Source of the DNA: Candidatus Nealsonbacteria bacterium
GTDB taxonomy: Bacteria; Patescibacteriota; Minisyncoccia; Minisyncoccales; DAOVPY01
Assembly (NCBI GenBank): GCA_030628945.1
Contig: DAOVPY010000002.1
Span: 23,831 to 87,830, forward strand
DNA length: 64,000 nucleotides
Direction: 5' to 3'
The notes beneath the pieces are model-generated. The model searched no databases. It saw only the letters and a program-made list of their open reading frames with translations, and was not told where the DNA came from. A program made the position numbers and the translations under genes. Below are positions 45,722-55,900 of the stretch, one piece after another (positions within the stretch are counted from its first letter, which is position 1; each line of letters opens with the position of its first letter).

Positions 45722-45795
45722 TGGGCGCGGCAGGAGTCGAACCTGCGACCTCACGATTATCAGTCGTGTGCTCTAACCAACTGAGCTACGCGCCC
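45722..45795 (-). tRNA. tRNA-Ile (GAU)
   Basis: Reverse complement GGGCGCGTAGCTCAGTTGGTTAGAGCACACGACTGATAATCGTGAGGTCGCAGGTTCGACTCCTGCCGCGCCCA. Confidence 0.9.
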
Positions 45796-46478
45796 TTTTT
45801 GTATTCCATATATTTATCAATAAAAGCCTGAATTGCCATCATTAACTCTCGCTTTTTTTCTACACCAAGAACATAAATGCTGCAAGTTCCGTGTCGGAAC
45901 GATTCCTTGTATGAAAAACTTGATTTTTGTAATTTACGAATTGCCGGTTTATAAAACTGCTTTTTCTGAAATCCTAATTCAATCTCCCAAAATTTTTTCT
46001 CCTTCTCAATATCCATATTTTCATAGAGATGTAATTGCACTTTTATTTTTTCTTTTGTAATGCCGAGAAAATCAACTAGCCACTTAATAAAAAACTTAAT
46101 AATCCAAGGATCGGTATTTGCCAAACCGATCTTATCACGATTTTTCTTATCTCCCTCACCTAAATAAAGCATTAAACCTGCTATAAAAAAGGCGTCTTTA
46201 GAAAGTTTAGTAAATCTTTTTTGGTATTTATTATAAACCTCCAAATCTTTCTGTTTTCTCTTTTGCCGCATCGCGGCGCGAAATCTTTCTATCTTTACCT
46301 CGCTTTTCTTCCACCCTTTCTTTCGCAACTCTTTGATTTTCTCTTCACTAAGTGGAAATTCCTGAAGCCAATAACTTAGAGTGCTTTTAGCTACACCCAA
46401 TCTTTTTCTAATTTCCCCATAACTGAATTCGTTTTCTGTGCGAAGTTTAACGGCTTGTTCTCGTAGTTGTGAATTCAT
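45786..46478 (-). CDS. HTH plus LAGLIDADG-like endonuclease-family protein
   Basis: N-terminal HTH (SYGEIRKRLGVAKSTLSYWL). FIAGLMLYLGEGDK and LANTDPWIIKFFIKWL resemble LAGLIDADG_3-type domains. The last 10 nt overlap tRNA-Ile. Confidence 0.55.
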   Translation of the reverse strand: MNSQLREQAVKLRTENEFSYGEIRKRLGVAKSTLSYWLQEFPLSEEKIKELRKKGWKKSEVKIERFRAAMRQKRKQKDLEVYNKYQKRFTKLSKDAFFIAGLMLYLGEGDKKNRDKIGLANTDPWIIKFFIKWLVDFLGITKEKIKVQLHLYENMDIEKEKKFWEIELGFQKKQFYKPAIRKLQKSSFSYKESFRHGTCSIYVLGVEKKRELMMAIQAFIDKYMEYKKGA

Positions 46479-47014
46479 TTTTTTCTTTTTATTTTCTTTT
46501 TGTTTTTCTTCTTCTTTGCTTCGCTGAAATTTCCAAGTATTAAATTTGGTATCAATTTTTTCAGATTATTCGGGCTGATTTTAATTGACCAATTATAATC
46601 GCCGCTATTGATAATGATTTTTGGATTTCTTAACAATCCCCTATCAACGAAAGTCAACAGCTTCCACAAACTCCCAAAACACGGAATCGCGCCAATCTTC
46701 GCGCCTTTTAGATTTTTCTTCATCCACAACTCAATGGCAAAATCAATTTTCTTCACTATTTTCTCTCCTGTTTTTTTTCGCCCAGCATTTATCGCTTTTT
46801 TTAATTTCATTTTATCCAAATTCTTATTTGCCGGAATTAGAACTAATCCTATACTGCGGTCAAATTTTATTACCAATGTCTTGCCAACAATTTTTTGAGG
46901 AACTCTTAAAGTAGCCGCTTTATCATAAGCGGTATAAACGGTCCGATGTTCTATTGATTCATATTTAACCCCTGCTTTCCCCAAAAAATTAAGTATCTTT
47001 TTAGAAATAGCCAT
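46475..47014 (-). CDS. YbaK/aminoacyl-tRNA-editing-domain-like protein with a Lys-rich tail
   Basis: VKYESIEHRTVYTAYDKAATLRVPQKIVGKTLVIK resembles the YbaK/ProX family. C-terminal KKKKNKKKIKRKK. Confidence 0.55.
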   Translation of the reverse strand: MAISKKILNFLGKAGVKYESIEHRTVYTAYDKAATLRVPQKIVGKTLVIKFDRSIGLVLIPANKNLDKMKLKKAINAGRKKTGEKIVKKIDFAIELWMKKNLKGAKIGAIPCFGSLWKLLTFVDRGLLRNPKIIINSGDYNWSIKISPNNLKKLIPNLILGNFSEAKKKKNKKKIKRKK

Positions 47015-47078
47015 ATTAATCTTATTCTACAAAAAAATCCGAAAATTACAACCCGAGAAAGAGCGATTTTCGCCCTAT

Positions 47079-48299
47079 TTAGGCTTTTTGGCTTAATTTC
47101 TTTCCGACCATTGCGACAACAAAGACGAAAATTCCACCCAGAATAAATAAATTGCTAAAGCCCAAAATACCGATAATCAATCCGGAAAGCAAAGAACCCA
47201 AAGCCGCTCCTAACGGCGAGAAAATCGTATCCAGAGCGCCTGCTTCCTTGGGATGTTCTTTTAACCGCTGAGACAGCAAACCGCTTCTTCCCGAACCAGA
47301 CATCAAACCGCCAACTGCCTGGCCAATTTTTACGAAAAAAATACTGGAAAAATTGGCAAAACCGCCCAAACTGCCCAAAGCGATTGAAAAAAATCCTGTG
47401 ATTGCCGCTCCCTGAAAAATACTTTTTTGGCTGGTTAATTTCTCTATTCGCTTGATGAGTAAAAGGGAGAGAGGCAGGAAAACCAGGGAAAGCAGGGAGA
47501 CAAAAAGCAAAATTAAATTTTGAGTCCAGCCCAAATCTTTCAAAAACAAAACAAAGAAAGCGCGGTAAAACCCGCCCAAAAGCAAAACGCAAAAAGCAAC
47601 CATAATCGGAATAAAGATATTTCTTTTTTTTAATTTTTCAAAGACGCTCTGATAATTTTGTTGAATATCCTGAAATTTCTCTTTCCACAATAACGTTTTC
47701 CCGGATATCTTTATGGAAAGGCCCGGGATTTTTTGCCTTTCAAGCGAAATAAAGCAAAAGATAGCGTTAAAAAACTGCAAGACCAAGCTAAAAGCGAAAA
47801 CTCCGAAAAAATTAAATTTCCAAATAAGAATGGCGCCGACAACCGGAGCAATAACAGCGGCGTAAAAAGGAGCCGAATAAAACCAGGCAAAAGCCCGATT
47901 TGGATTTTCCAAGGGAGCGGCAATAAGAATTCCGCGCATACTCACGAAAAATAAAGCCGCTGAAATCCCCAAAAAAATCTGGAAAAGAGAAAACAAAATC
48001 CACATTTGAACCGGGTGAATCAGAATCATTCCCAGACAATAAATCCCATAGCCGAAAATCCCTGATGTTGCTAAAATTATCGGGCTTATTTTATGGCTGA
48101 AAAAACCAACAACAGGGGCGAAAAGGGCAAGCGGCAGATAAATCAAGAGATAGGTATAACCAACCTGGGGCAAAGAAAAACCTCTGGCAATTAAAAACAA
48201 AGGGAAATACAAAGAAAAAAGTTTGTAACCGAACATCAAAAGAAAATGCGAGACAGTCGCGTCCCGGGTAATCCTCTCAATTTTCGGAAAAATGGTCAT
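47079..48299 (-). CDS. MFS-type transporter
   Basis: 406 aa, about 12 TM helices in a 6+6 layout with a central loop. Confidence 0.65.
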   Translation of the reverse strand: MTIFPKIERITRDATVSHFLLMFGYKLFSLYFPLFLIARGFSLPQVGYTYLLIYLPLALFAPVVGFFSHKISPIILATSGIFGYGIYCLGMILIHPVQMWILFSLFQIFLGISAALFFVSMRGILIAAPLENPNRAFAWFYSAPFYAAVIAPVVGAILIWKFNFFGVFAFSLVLQFFNAIFCFISLERQKIPGLSIKISGKTLLWKEKFQDIQQNYQSVFEKLKKRNIFIPIMVAFCVLLLGGFYRAFFVLFLKDLGWTQNLILLFVSLLSLVFLPLSLLLIKRIEKLTSQKSIFQGAAITGFFSIALGSLGGFANFSSIFFVKIGQAVGGLMSGSGRSGLLSQRLKEHPKEAGALDTIFSPLGAALGSLLSGLIIGILGFSNLFILGGIFVFVVAMVGKKLSQKA

Positions 48300-48399
48300 T
48301 AGTTCATTATACCTTATCAGCGTAAAACATAAAATAAATATGCCCAGCCAATCGGTTAAGCAGATTGAAATTTTCTGTCAAGTAATTTAGGATACTATA

Positions 48400-49662
48400 A
48401 TGACTAAAAAAACGCAGACTATTTTATCTTTGATTTGTTTGTTTCTTCTTTTCTTGACAGCGCCAATATCCATTTTTTACTCCCAGGGATACCGTTTTGA
48501 TTTTGAGGCGAAAAAAATTGTCCAAACCGGCGGTTTTTACGCCAAAACCCTGCCGAAAAGCGCTGAAATCCATATCAATGAAAAACTCAGAGAAAAAACC
48601 GACTTTTTATTTGGAACCGCGCTTATTAAAAATCTTTTGCCCAAAACCTATGAAATAGAAATAAAAAAACAGGGCTACCACCCCTGGAAAAAATCTTTGG
48701 AAATAAAAGAAAAACAGGTTACCGAGGCAAAAAATATTGTGTTAATTCCTGAAAATCCTGATTTTGTCCTTTTAGATAAAAATATAAAAAACTTTTGGTT
48801 TTCGCCAAATTCGCAAAAAATAATTCTTAAAAAAGAAAACGAAAAAGGCTGGATTTTAGATATTCTTGACATAAAACAGGATACTCAAACTCCGCTCCTC
48901 TCCGAAGAAAAAGTCGGACAAACGAATATTTTAGACCTTGTCTGGTCATCAGACTCAAATAAAATTTTATTGAAAACCCTGAATTCATTTTTTGTTTTAG
49001 AATTAGATAATCCGTCTATTATTTTCCCTTTGGACTTTTTAGGGAAAAACATTGAAAAAATATCTTTTGACCCATCCAATACAAAAAAAATATTTTTCTT
49101 CATGCCTTCAACAACCGCCAATTCTCTTTTTCTAATGAACTATCGCGAAAAAAAAATCCCTGAACCAATTTTAAATAATGTAATAACCTATGAAAATTTT
49201 GGGAAAGATATTATTTGGCTCTCAAGTGAGGGATTTGTTTATCGCAGTAATTCCAACGGAAAAATTTTACAAGTTTTTAATTCCAAGCCGCTCAAAACGC
49301 CTGAATCAATTAAAAATTTTATATTTTCTCCCGACAATAAAAAAATCGCTTATTCCAGCGATTTTGAAATCTGGATTTTCTTTTTGGAGCAGCAAGATTG
49401 CCAGCCCCAAAAAGCCATGGGAGAAAAAGTATTTCTAACCCGTTTTTCAAAAAAAATTGACAACTGCTTCTGGCTTACAAGCCATTATTTAATATTTAAT
49501 GTGGACAACAAAATAAAAATCGCGGAAATTGACGACCGCGACAGAATAAATATCATTGAATTGTGTGAATTTAAAAATCCGCAACTCTTCTTTAATCAAA
49601 ATGACAAAAAACTCTATATTCTGAGCGAAGGAAATTTATATCAATCAAAAAAATTATACTAA
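48400..49662 (+). CDS. membrane-anchored PEGA-domain / beta-propeller-like protein
   Basis: N-terminal TM. PEGA-like PKSAEIHINEKL...LPKTYEIEIKKQGYHPW. The C-terminal region has TolB-like repeats (FSPNSQKI, WSSDSNKI, FSPDNKKIAY). Confidence 0.55.
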   Translation: MTKKTQTILSLICLFLLFLTAPISIFYSQGYRFDFEAKKIVQTGGFYAKTLPKSAEIHINEKLREKTDFLFGTALIKNLLPKTYEIEIKKQGYHPWKKSLEIKEKQVTEAKNIVLIPENPDFVLLDKNIKNFWFSPNSQKIILKKENEKGWILDILDIKQDTQTPLLSEEKVGQTNILDLVWSSDSNKILLKTLNSFFVLELDNPSIIFPLDFLGKNIEKISFDPSNTKKIFFFMPSTTANSLFLMNYREKKIPEPILNNVITYENFGKDIIWLSSEGFVYRSNSNGKILQVFNSKPLKTPESIKNFIFSPDNKKIAYSSDFEIWIFFLEQQDCQPQKAMGEKVFLTRFSKKIDNCFWLTSHYLIFNVDNKIKIAEIDDRDRINIIELCEFKNPQLFFNQNDKKLYILSEGNLYQSKKLY

Positions 49663-50280
49663 TTTCTGGCATTCTTCCTGATATTCGCAATATTCGCAAC
49701 GCCAGTGTTCAATATCAGAAGGTATTGGAGGAATGCTATCTTCCTTAATCTGTTTTTCCAGAACTTCAAATTCCTTCAGAATATTTTTGACTAAACTTTC
49801 GTCATAATCAATTAAAAACTCTTTTAATTCCTGATTATCCTTATTTTCATAAAGCACTATGCCTTTTGGAATCTTGAAATAGTGTAAATAGAGTTGTAGT
49901 TGTTTTAAGTGACCTTGATCCGGAGCGGTTAATTTATCAAATTTGTATTTAGAAATACTTTTGATTTCTACCACGCAGGGTTTTCCATCTAATCCAATAA
50001 TTACATCTGCTCTCCCTGAAAAAAGTTGTCCATGCGGGGTCTTTACTTCTGCCGCCTGAACCACTCCCAAACTAAAAAGAGCGCTCACAATTCTGGTATG
50101 GGTCTGCTCGCCGTTATCAAAAATTCTTAGGACTCGCGGCTCGGTTTCTTTCTTGGGATATTTCTTGAATTTAAAATAAACCTGGCGCGGACATCTCGCA
50201 ACGTCAGTAACATAAAAATGCTTCTGCTCCCTGTCTTTAAATCTATCCCTATAAAATTGGTCAATGAGTTCCTTAAGCAT
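49654..50280 (-). CDS. Cas4/RecB-like PD-(D/E)xK exonuclease with a Fe-S cysteine cluster
   Basis: N-terminal Cys (DVARCPRQVYF), GRADVIIG...VVEIKS, QLQLY, C-terminal CEYCEYQEEC. Confidence 0.75.
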   Translation of the reverse strand: MLKELIDQFYRDRFKDREQKHFYVTDVARCPRQVYFKFKKYPKKETEPRVLRIFDNGEQTHTRIVSALFSLGVVQAAEVKTPHGQLFSGRADVIIGLDGKPCVVEIKSISKYKFDKLTAPDQGHLKQLQLYLHYFKIPKGIVLYENKDNQELKEFLIDYDESLVKNILKEFEVLEKQIKEDSIPPIPSDIEHWRCEYCEYQEECQKLV

Positions 50281-50448
50281 TAATCAAACTTTTTTATTTT
50301 CCTACCGCTTTGCCCACTGAAGTGATAAATGATACCACTTCAGACAAATCGCTTCTCTACGGCTAAATAAATAGGAATTAGAATAATCGGCTTCTAAGTG
50401 AATTATATTTTATTTCTATCAAATGTCAAAGGACTAAAAAAACCCAAC

Positions 50449-50640
50449 CTAAACTACGCGATCAATGTAGCGGTTGAGTTGTCTAATCAGCGGCTTCATT
50501 ATTAAAAGTCGCTCTCTGTATCTTAACAGTTTTCTATATTTTACTTCTGGGATTTTATAAATCCTTTGTTTTGTTTTAGTTTTATTTTCCATAGTTTTCC
50601 ACAGCTTAACCTTTCTACTTTTAATTTTAATGATTTTCAA
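50449..50640 (-). CDS. small basic hypothetical protein
   Basis: 63 aa, Lys/Arg-rich, downstream of the integrase. No motif recognised. Confidence 0.35.
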   Translation of the reverse strand: MKIIKIKSRKVKLWKTMENKTKTKQRIYKIPEVKYRKLLRYRERLLIMKPLIRQLNRYIDRVV

Positions 50641-50684
50641 ACCTTTGTCAAGTCCTGACTTGTCCCCAACATTTCCACAGCCCC

Positions 50685-51578
50685 CTAAACCTCATTCATA
50701 ATCCTCTGGTGCGTCTCTTTCGCTTTCCTTATTTCCACTTTCGCATAAAATTTCAAAGTGGTGCGCGGCGACTTATGCCGAGCAAGATGTTGAACCTCTT
50801 TTATTGTCGCACCCTTGTCTAATAATAAAGAACAAAAACTTCTTCTTAAAGAATGATGAGTGATCTGTTTCGTAAATCCAAACTCCTTTCTATATTTTAA
50901 CAAATGCTTTCTGGCTACACAAGACGATAATCTTGAAATCTTTTGCGGATTGTAAGTAATAAATAAATCCGGGCACTCATCTCCTCGCGTTGCCAAATAT
51001 CTTTTGAGCCAACTCAAACTTCTTTCCGAAAAATAAAGCCATCCTTCATTCTCTCCTTTTGCTCCTTTAATTTTTACTTCTCTATTTTCTAAATCAATAC
51101 CATTTTTATTAAGCGACAAAATTTCTGAAATCCTTGCTCCGGTTGAAAAAAGTATTTCGTATAATGTGCGATCCCGCAATCCGTAAAGAGTATGTAAGGA
51201 TATTTTTTCAACAAAATTGTTAAACTCTGTCTCGGTTAAAAAGTCCTGTTCTTTTTCGGCAACTTTTGGGACCTCAATTTCTCTCCAGTCAAACGGAATT
51301 TTTTCCCCGCTTTCTTTTAAGAATTTTAGATAGCGCCGAAGGGTGCAAATGGCCCGGGTTGGTCCATGTTCTCCGTGAGTCCTGCCGGCTTCTATAACTG
51401 AAGCCACATCGGCGATTTTCAAATGTTTTATTTTTTTATCTATCAATAAAGAATGCGAAACCGCGCCAAACAAAAATCGGCGATGTTCCCGGATTGTTTT
51501 TTCAGTCAATCCTTTCTGTCTCATGTATTCAAAATAATTTTGGAAGCCGTCTTTTACTCTCATAAAAAAACCACTCAT
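50685..51578 (-). CDS. tyrosine site-specific recombinase/integrase
   Basis: SAM-like N-domain. Catalytic pattern GARISEIL, HHSLRRSF, LARHKSPRTTLKFY. Confidence 0.9.
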   Translation of the reverse strand: MSGFFMRVKDGFQNYFEYMRQKGLTEKTIREHRRFLFGAVSHSLLIDKKIKHLKIADVASVIEAGRTHGEHGPTRAICTLRRYLKFLKESGEKIPFDWREIEVPKVAEKEQDFLTETEFNNFVEKISLHTLYGLRDRTLYEILFSTGARISEILSLNKNGIDLENREVKIKGAKGENEGWLYFSERSLSWLKRYLATRGDECPDLFITYNPQKISRLSSCVARKHLLKYRKEFGFTKQITHHSLRRSFCSLLLDKGATIKEVQHLARHKSPRTTLKFYAKVEIRKAKETHQRIMNEV

Positions 51579-51800
51579 CTACTCCCATCTTAACCTGGAG
51601 GGCAAAATAGTTTCAATGAGTGGCTCTTCTATTATACCAAAAGAACCAATTTCAATGAAACCGCTTACCTCCAGGTTCTTGCCAGAAGGCAAGGCGTCCC
51701 AAGGGACACAAGCGGTTCGTATTTAGTATAATATCCTATCTTACACAAACTAAAAACCCTGTCAAGGGCGACAAGATTTTTAGCAAAATTCTGGATCCTT

Positions 51801-52013
51801 TTATATTTGCGATTTGTTTATCAGTATAAGCTCGCTCGCTTCGTTTTGCCACTCCCTAAGCGCTTTCAGCATTGCCGCTACAATTCCGATTATTCCTGCC
51901 GGAAGCAAAATTTGAAATTCTTGCGAACTCAAAAGCCCGATGACTCCCGCCACTACAAAAATCTCAATGAACCGCATCACTATTCTCTTTATGGTTGTAT
52001 TATAAATGCTCAT
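51801..52013 (-). CDS. holin-like small membrane protein
   Basis: 70 aa with two TM helices, next to the lysin gene. Confidence 0.45.
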   Translation of the reverse strand: MSIYNTTIKRIVMRFIEIFVVAGVIGLLSSQEFQILLPAGIIGIVAAMLKALREWQNEASELILINKSQI

Positions 52014-52051
52014 GATGGTTTTTAGATTTCGTTTTTAAATTATTCGACCTT

Positions 52052-52438
52052 TTATAAATACTTCAAATAAAGCCCTGACCAATATCCAACCCAGTCATCT
52101 ATGCGTCCTTTCCTATATCTGTCAATCATTAAATTAACGCATTTGTTAATATCATTAAGGGCTTCCCATTTTGTAATTAGTTGCATTTTTTCAATATACC
52201 ATTCTGAATTATACTGACATAAACCATAATCATAACTGCCGTTCCAATTTCTGTTTATCGCTTTCGGGTTCATATCTGATTCAGCGTAGATTACTGCCAC
52301 TATCAAATTGCATTCCCATTCTTCTAATCTTCTCTTTTCGCAAATTCTTCTGACTTTTAATTCAACCCTTAATTTTTTAAGAGCTTGAAGCTGTAAAGAG
52401 ATTATTTTTTTAATAAGAGAAATGATTTTGAATTTCAT
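52052..52438 (-). CDS. lytic transglycosylase (SLT-domain) endolysin
   Basis: Start moved to MKFKIISL so that its ATG overlaps the upstream TGA. VIYAESDMNPKA...YDYGLCQYN fits the SLT E-S...GLxQ pattern. Confidence 0.7.
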   Translation of the reverse strand: MKFKIISLIKKIISLQLQALKKLRVELKVRRICEKRRLEEWECNLIVAVIYAESDMNPKAINRNWNGSYDYGLCQYNSEWYIEKMQLITKWEALNDINKCVNLMIDRYRKGRIDDWVGYWSGLYLKYL

Positions 52439-52701
52439 TTTGTTAAAATATAAATTATTAAAGCGGTAACGATAGTCACTAACGCGGTAATAAAATGAGA
52501 CAATCTCCAAGAGGGCTTTTCCACATTCTTAATAAGCGCTAAATTTAATTTTTCCCGCGATTCTTTTCTAAAATCGTTAAAATCTTTTACAAAGTGAGGG
52601 AAATCATTATCCAGAAATTTCAAAAACCGCTCTGATAAAACTTCCTGCCGGGCCATTCGTTCATATAGAGATATCTCTTTTTTGTTATTGTTTTCTGACA
52701 T
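52435..52701 (-). CDS. small membrane protein (holin or spanin candidate)
   Basis: 88 aa with a C-terminal TM (ITALVTIVTALIIYIL). Translationally coupled to the lysin. Confidence 0.45.
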   Translation of the reverse strand: MSENNNKKEISLYERMARQEVLSERFLKFLDNDFPHFVKDFNDFRKESREKLNLALIKNVEKPSWRLSHFITALVTIVTALIIYILTK

Positions 52702-52741
52702 AGGACTTTACAAAATTTTAATTATAAAGTATTAAATAATA

Positions 52742-52909
52742 ATGAAAGAGCGAATTAAAACAATCTGGGAATTTATCAAAACTAATTGGTTTAAAATTGC
52801 TATTTTAATATCGCTCTATTGGTTTATTCAGGAAATCAGTTATTTAAATAACTTAAGTATAGATATTTGGCATCACTCCCCTTCTTCTTCTCTTCCCGGT
52901 CTTCATTAG
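52742..52909 (+). CDS. possible small TM protein, below the ORF-track cutoff
   Basis: Own translation MKERIKTIWEFIKTNWFKIAILISLYWFIQEISYLNNLSIDIWHHSPSSSLPGLH. Opposite strand to its neighbours. Confidence 0.25.
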   Translation: MKERIKTIWEFIKTNWFKIAILISLYWFIQEISYLNNLSIDIWHHSPSSSLPGLH

Positions 52910-52910
52910 T

Positions 52911-55900
52911 CTATAATCCTGGCAAAGTCGGCAATGATGGACTAAACAATTCCCCCATCGTTTTCTTTTTTTCTAATCCCGGCAACGTGGGAAGTTCAAG
53001 TTCCAATTTTTTAAATTCTTCAGGCAATTTGCCTGATTTTTTTTCTTTATATTTAGACGCTTTTCCAAACCACCAATAATATAATTTTCCACCAATGGGG
53101 ATATTCTGAACTGTTCTCATATCATTTACATCAAAACATTCATCTGGATTTTTCCATACTTTGGTTAAATCTTTCCATACATCGTCCACTACATTAGTCG
53201 GTGGTAGTATCTCGCCCGCAACGCGAGCGCCAAGTCCTTGTTCGGCTAATTCTCTTCTTTCCCACTTACTCGCAAAAAATAATTTAGCCGTGCTTTCTAT
53301 TACTCTATCAGAAAGTTTCATTTCTCTTCCGAGTATTATATCTTTTATTTCATCAGCAGTTGCTTCACAAGCCACTAATGCGGCTGTCAATTTTAGAAAA
53401 TTTGAGAAACCCTCAACAAAAGTTTCTTTTTTTGTCATTTTTGAAATAGCTTCTCGTCTATAAATATCCATCATTTTTATCGTCCAAGTTTTAAGCATAT
53501 AAAATATCTTACCATTTCCGCTTTTAAGATATTGTTCTGGCACTTCTGATAAAGCGACTGGCTGAAAATCTAATAATTTATTAAAAGCCAAATACTTCAC
53601 ATCATCAGTAATCTCTCCGCGTTGTAAATCTCTAATAATATCATCGGTTTTATCTCCGAAAACATCCGTTAATTCTTTCATAAATTTTTTATACTTTTGG
53701 ATATTTTTAGATTGATGCTGAAGTCGTCTAATAGTTGAATTGATTAAACTTTCTTTTCCAATAGCGTCTATTTTATCTAATCCAATTATCTTAAAAGTCT
53801 TATTAACCGCTTGCGACCCTTTGCTGGCATCGGCAAATTCTGAGGCAATTCTTTCTATCCCTAAATCAGCTTTCTTAATTTTTGCCTTTCCTATTATTAT
53901 TCTTGGCAATCCTGTAATTGTTCTAATTAGTCCGCCGGAATAAATACTGAAAGCTAAGTCGCCAATCTGGGTTATAGCGTTATAAGGACTACCCATTACG
54001 GTAATATAAGAGAGATTTTTAATTGGTCCGACAACCCTACCCATTTTTCCAGGGTTAAATCTCGCTCTTAAAATAGATGTTAATTCTTTTTCCTGGGCTA
54101 CTGTTATTTTTCCTTTGGCCATTAAATCCATAACATAAGCGCCGATACTATTGTCTATGTGTAATCCTCCCTCCACATCGGTTATAATATGTTTTCCAAA
54201 AAATTTGCGAGCCTCTATTGCATCATTCACCTGGTCAATATAAGAAATAATGGTTTTATCCGATTCTAAATAAAATTGGTTGAGTTCTGGACTGATAAAA
54301 TCCAATACTCTTTCCTTCATCGCGGCAGTTTTTGAAAGAGCTACCTGTCCTCGGCCATATCCTCTTATGGCTGTATTGATAAGATACGCTTTTTCATCGG
54401 CGTCTAACACTCTGCCTAATATCATTTCTTTTTCTTTAATGGCCGCGTCAAATTTACTCCAGTCATCTCTTTTCATTATAAATTCTAAAAATCCTTCAGG
54501 GTCTTTGATTATTCTCGGCCAATAATTTTTCTCGTAGCCAAGTTCGTATCCAACATCATTGGCTCTCTTGTAAAGGTCATCAAGAGTATCTTTAACTTTT
54601 AGATACTCATTTTCCATTTTGTATTTTTTCGCTAATTCAAATACTTTATCTTGTTTTCCATTTTTCAGAGCCAAATCAAGTTCCAGCCAATCTGTTTTAC
54701 TCATTCCTTTTTTTATTAAAAATCCTCTGGGTTTTGCTTTTTCTAAAAAGTTTTTGGCAATCGTTTTATCCGCCGCGCTTTTAGTTTTAATTTCATACTC
54801 CATTCTTCTAATCGCTCTTTTCAAAGAAATATCTATATTTTCAAGCCGGGTAGAAATAACTCCTATTATATTTTCAATTTCTTTTTTGGGCTCTTTCGCC
54901 GCTTTTTTTATTCTTTCTATTTTCGGTTCCTTAATCCCTTTCAAAATTCTGTTCGCTTCATACATTTCTTCTGTAATCTCCGGAGCTTCTTTTCCTATTG
55001 CTTCAATTTTTGGAACAAACCCTCTTGCTTTCTTAAAAGCCAACCGCTCTTTCATTTTATTAAGAATTTTTTCAAGTTCTGTTGTGTTCATTTTTCTAAG
55101 CGGTTTTAAAATTCCAAACTCTTTTTTTATTTCGTTAATTGGGGTTTGATTAAATTCGCCTAATAATTTTTGATAAGATATTTTTGTTCTCATTAATCCC
55201 CTTTCCTTATGTATATTTTTTAAAATTCCTTTTTCTATATCAGATTGAATAGTTGCCATTTCTATTTTTTGCTTATTTAAAATTTCAGCAATTTTGTTTT
55301 GTATTTTTTGAGAAATACTTTTTAATTCAGATTCATCCGCTTGTTTAATTCTGGCTATCTCTTTTCTATCGGCGATTTGAGATAATAATTTTTTTCTCAT
55401 TTCTCTTTTTCCTGCTTCTACTCCTATCCGAGCTCCTCGCGCTTCAGCCCTCAATTTTGCTTTTAATGCTGCTTTTTCTGTTGGTATTATTTTTATACGA
55501 CCTGCCTCTATTGCCGTTGGTGAAATAACTTCACCTGGTTTTTCTATCGGTTTAATAATCTGTTTCAATGTTTTTGTGGGTTTTATCTCTGCGGCTTTAA
55601 TTATCTTCTCTGACTTTATCTTTGTAGTTTTTTGTATCTCATCAACCCTATTTAGTATTTTGGCTATTTCATCGGCTTTGTTTGTTTCTGCGATTACTTT
55701 TGAAAAAGAAGGAATTAAATCATCGGCAACATTTACTTTTTTAAGAATTTTTACCACATCATCAACTTTATTCATTTTTGCTAAAATTTTAATCACTCCG
55801 CTTTTCCCAGCTCCCCAGCCGGTAAAATCAAGTCCGATTACAGCACCAACTCCTAACGCACCGAATCCTAATGGATATTTTTCAAATGGTTTTATTTTAT

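Noticed and set aside
48300-48399. Sigma-70-type -35/-10 promoter calls in AT-rich spacers, for example TTGAAA and TATAAT-like words here
   Set aside because: The AT-rich background yields many chance matches, and this TATAAT overlaps the start codon. I could not support it without transcript data.
51571-51770. tRNA or tmRNA fragment as the prophage attachment site
   Set aside because: I could not fold a cloverleaf or find a GGTTCGAAT-type T-loop. It is reported only as an unexplained structured segment.
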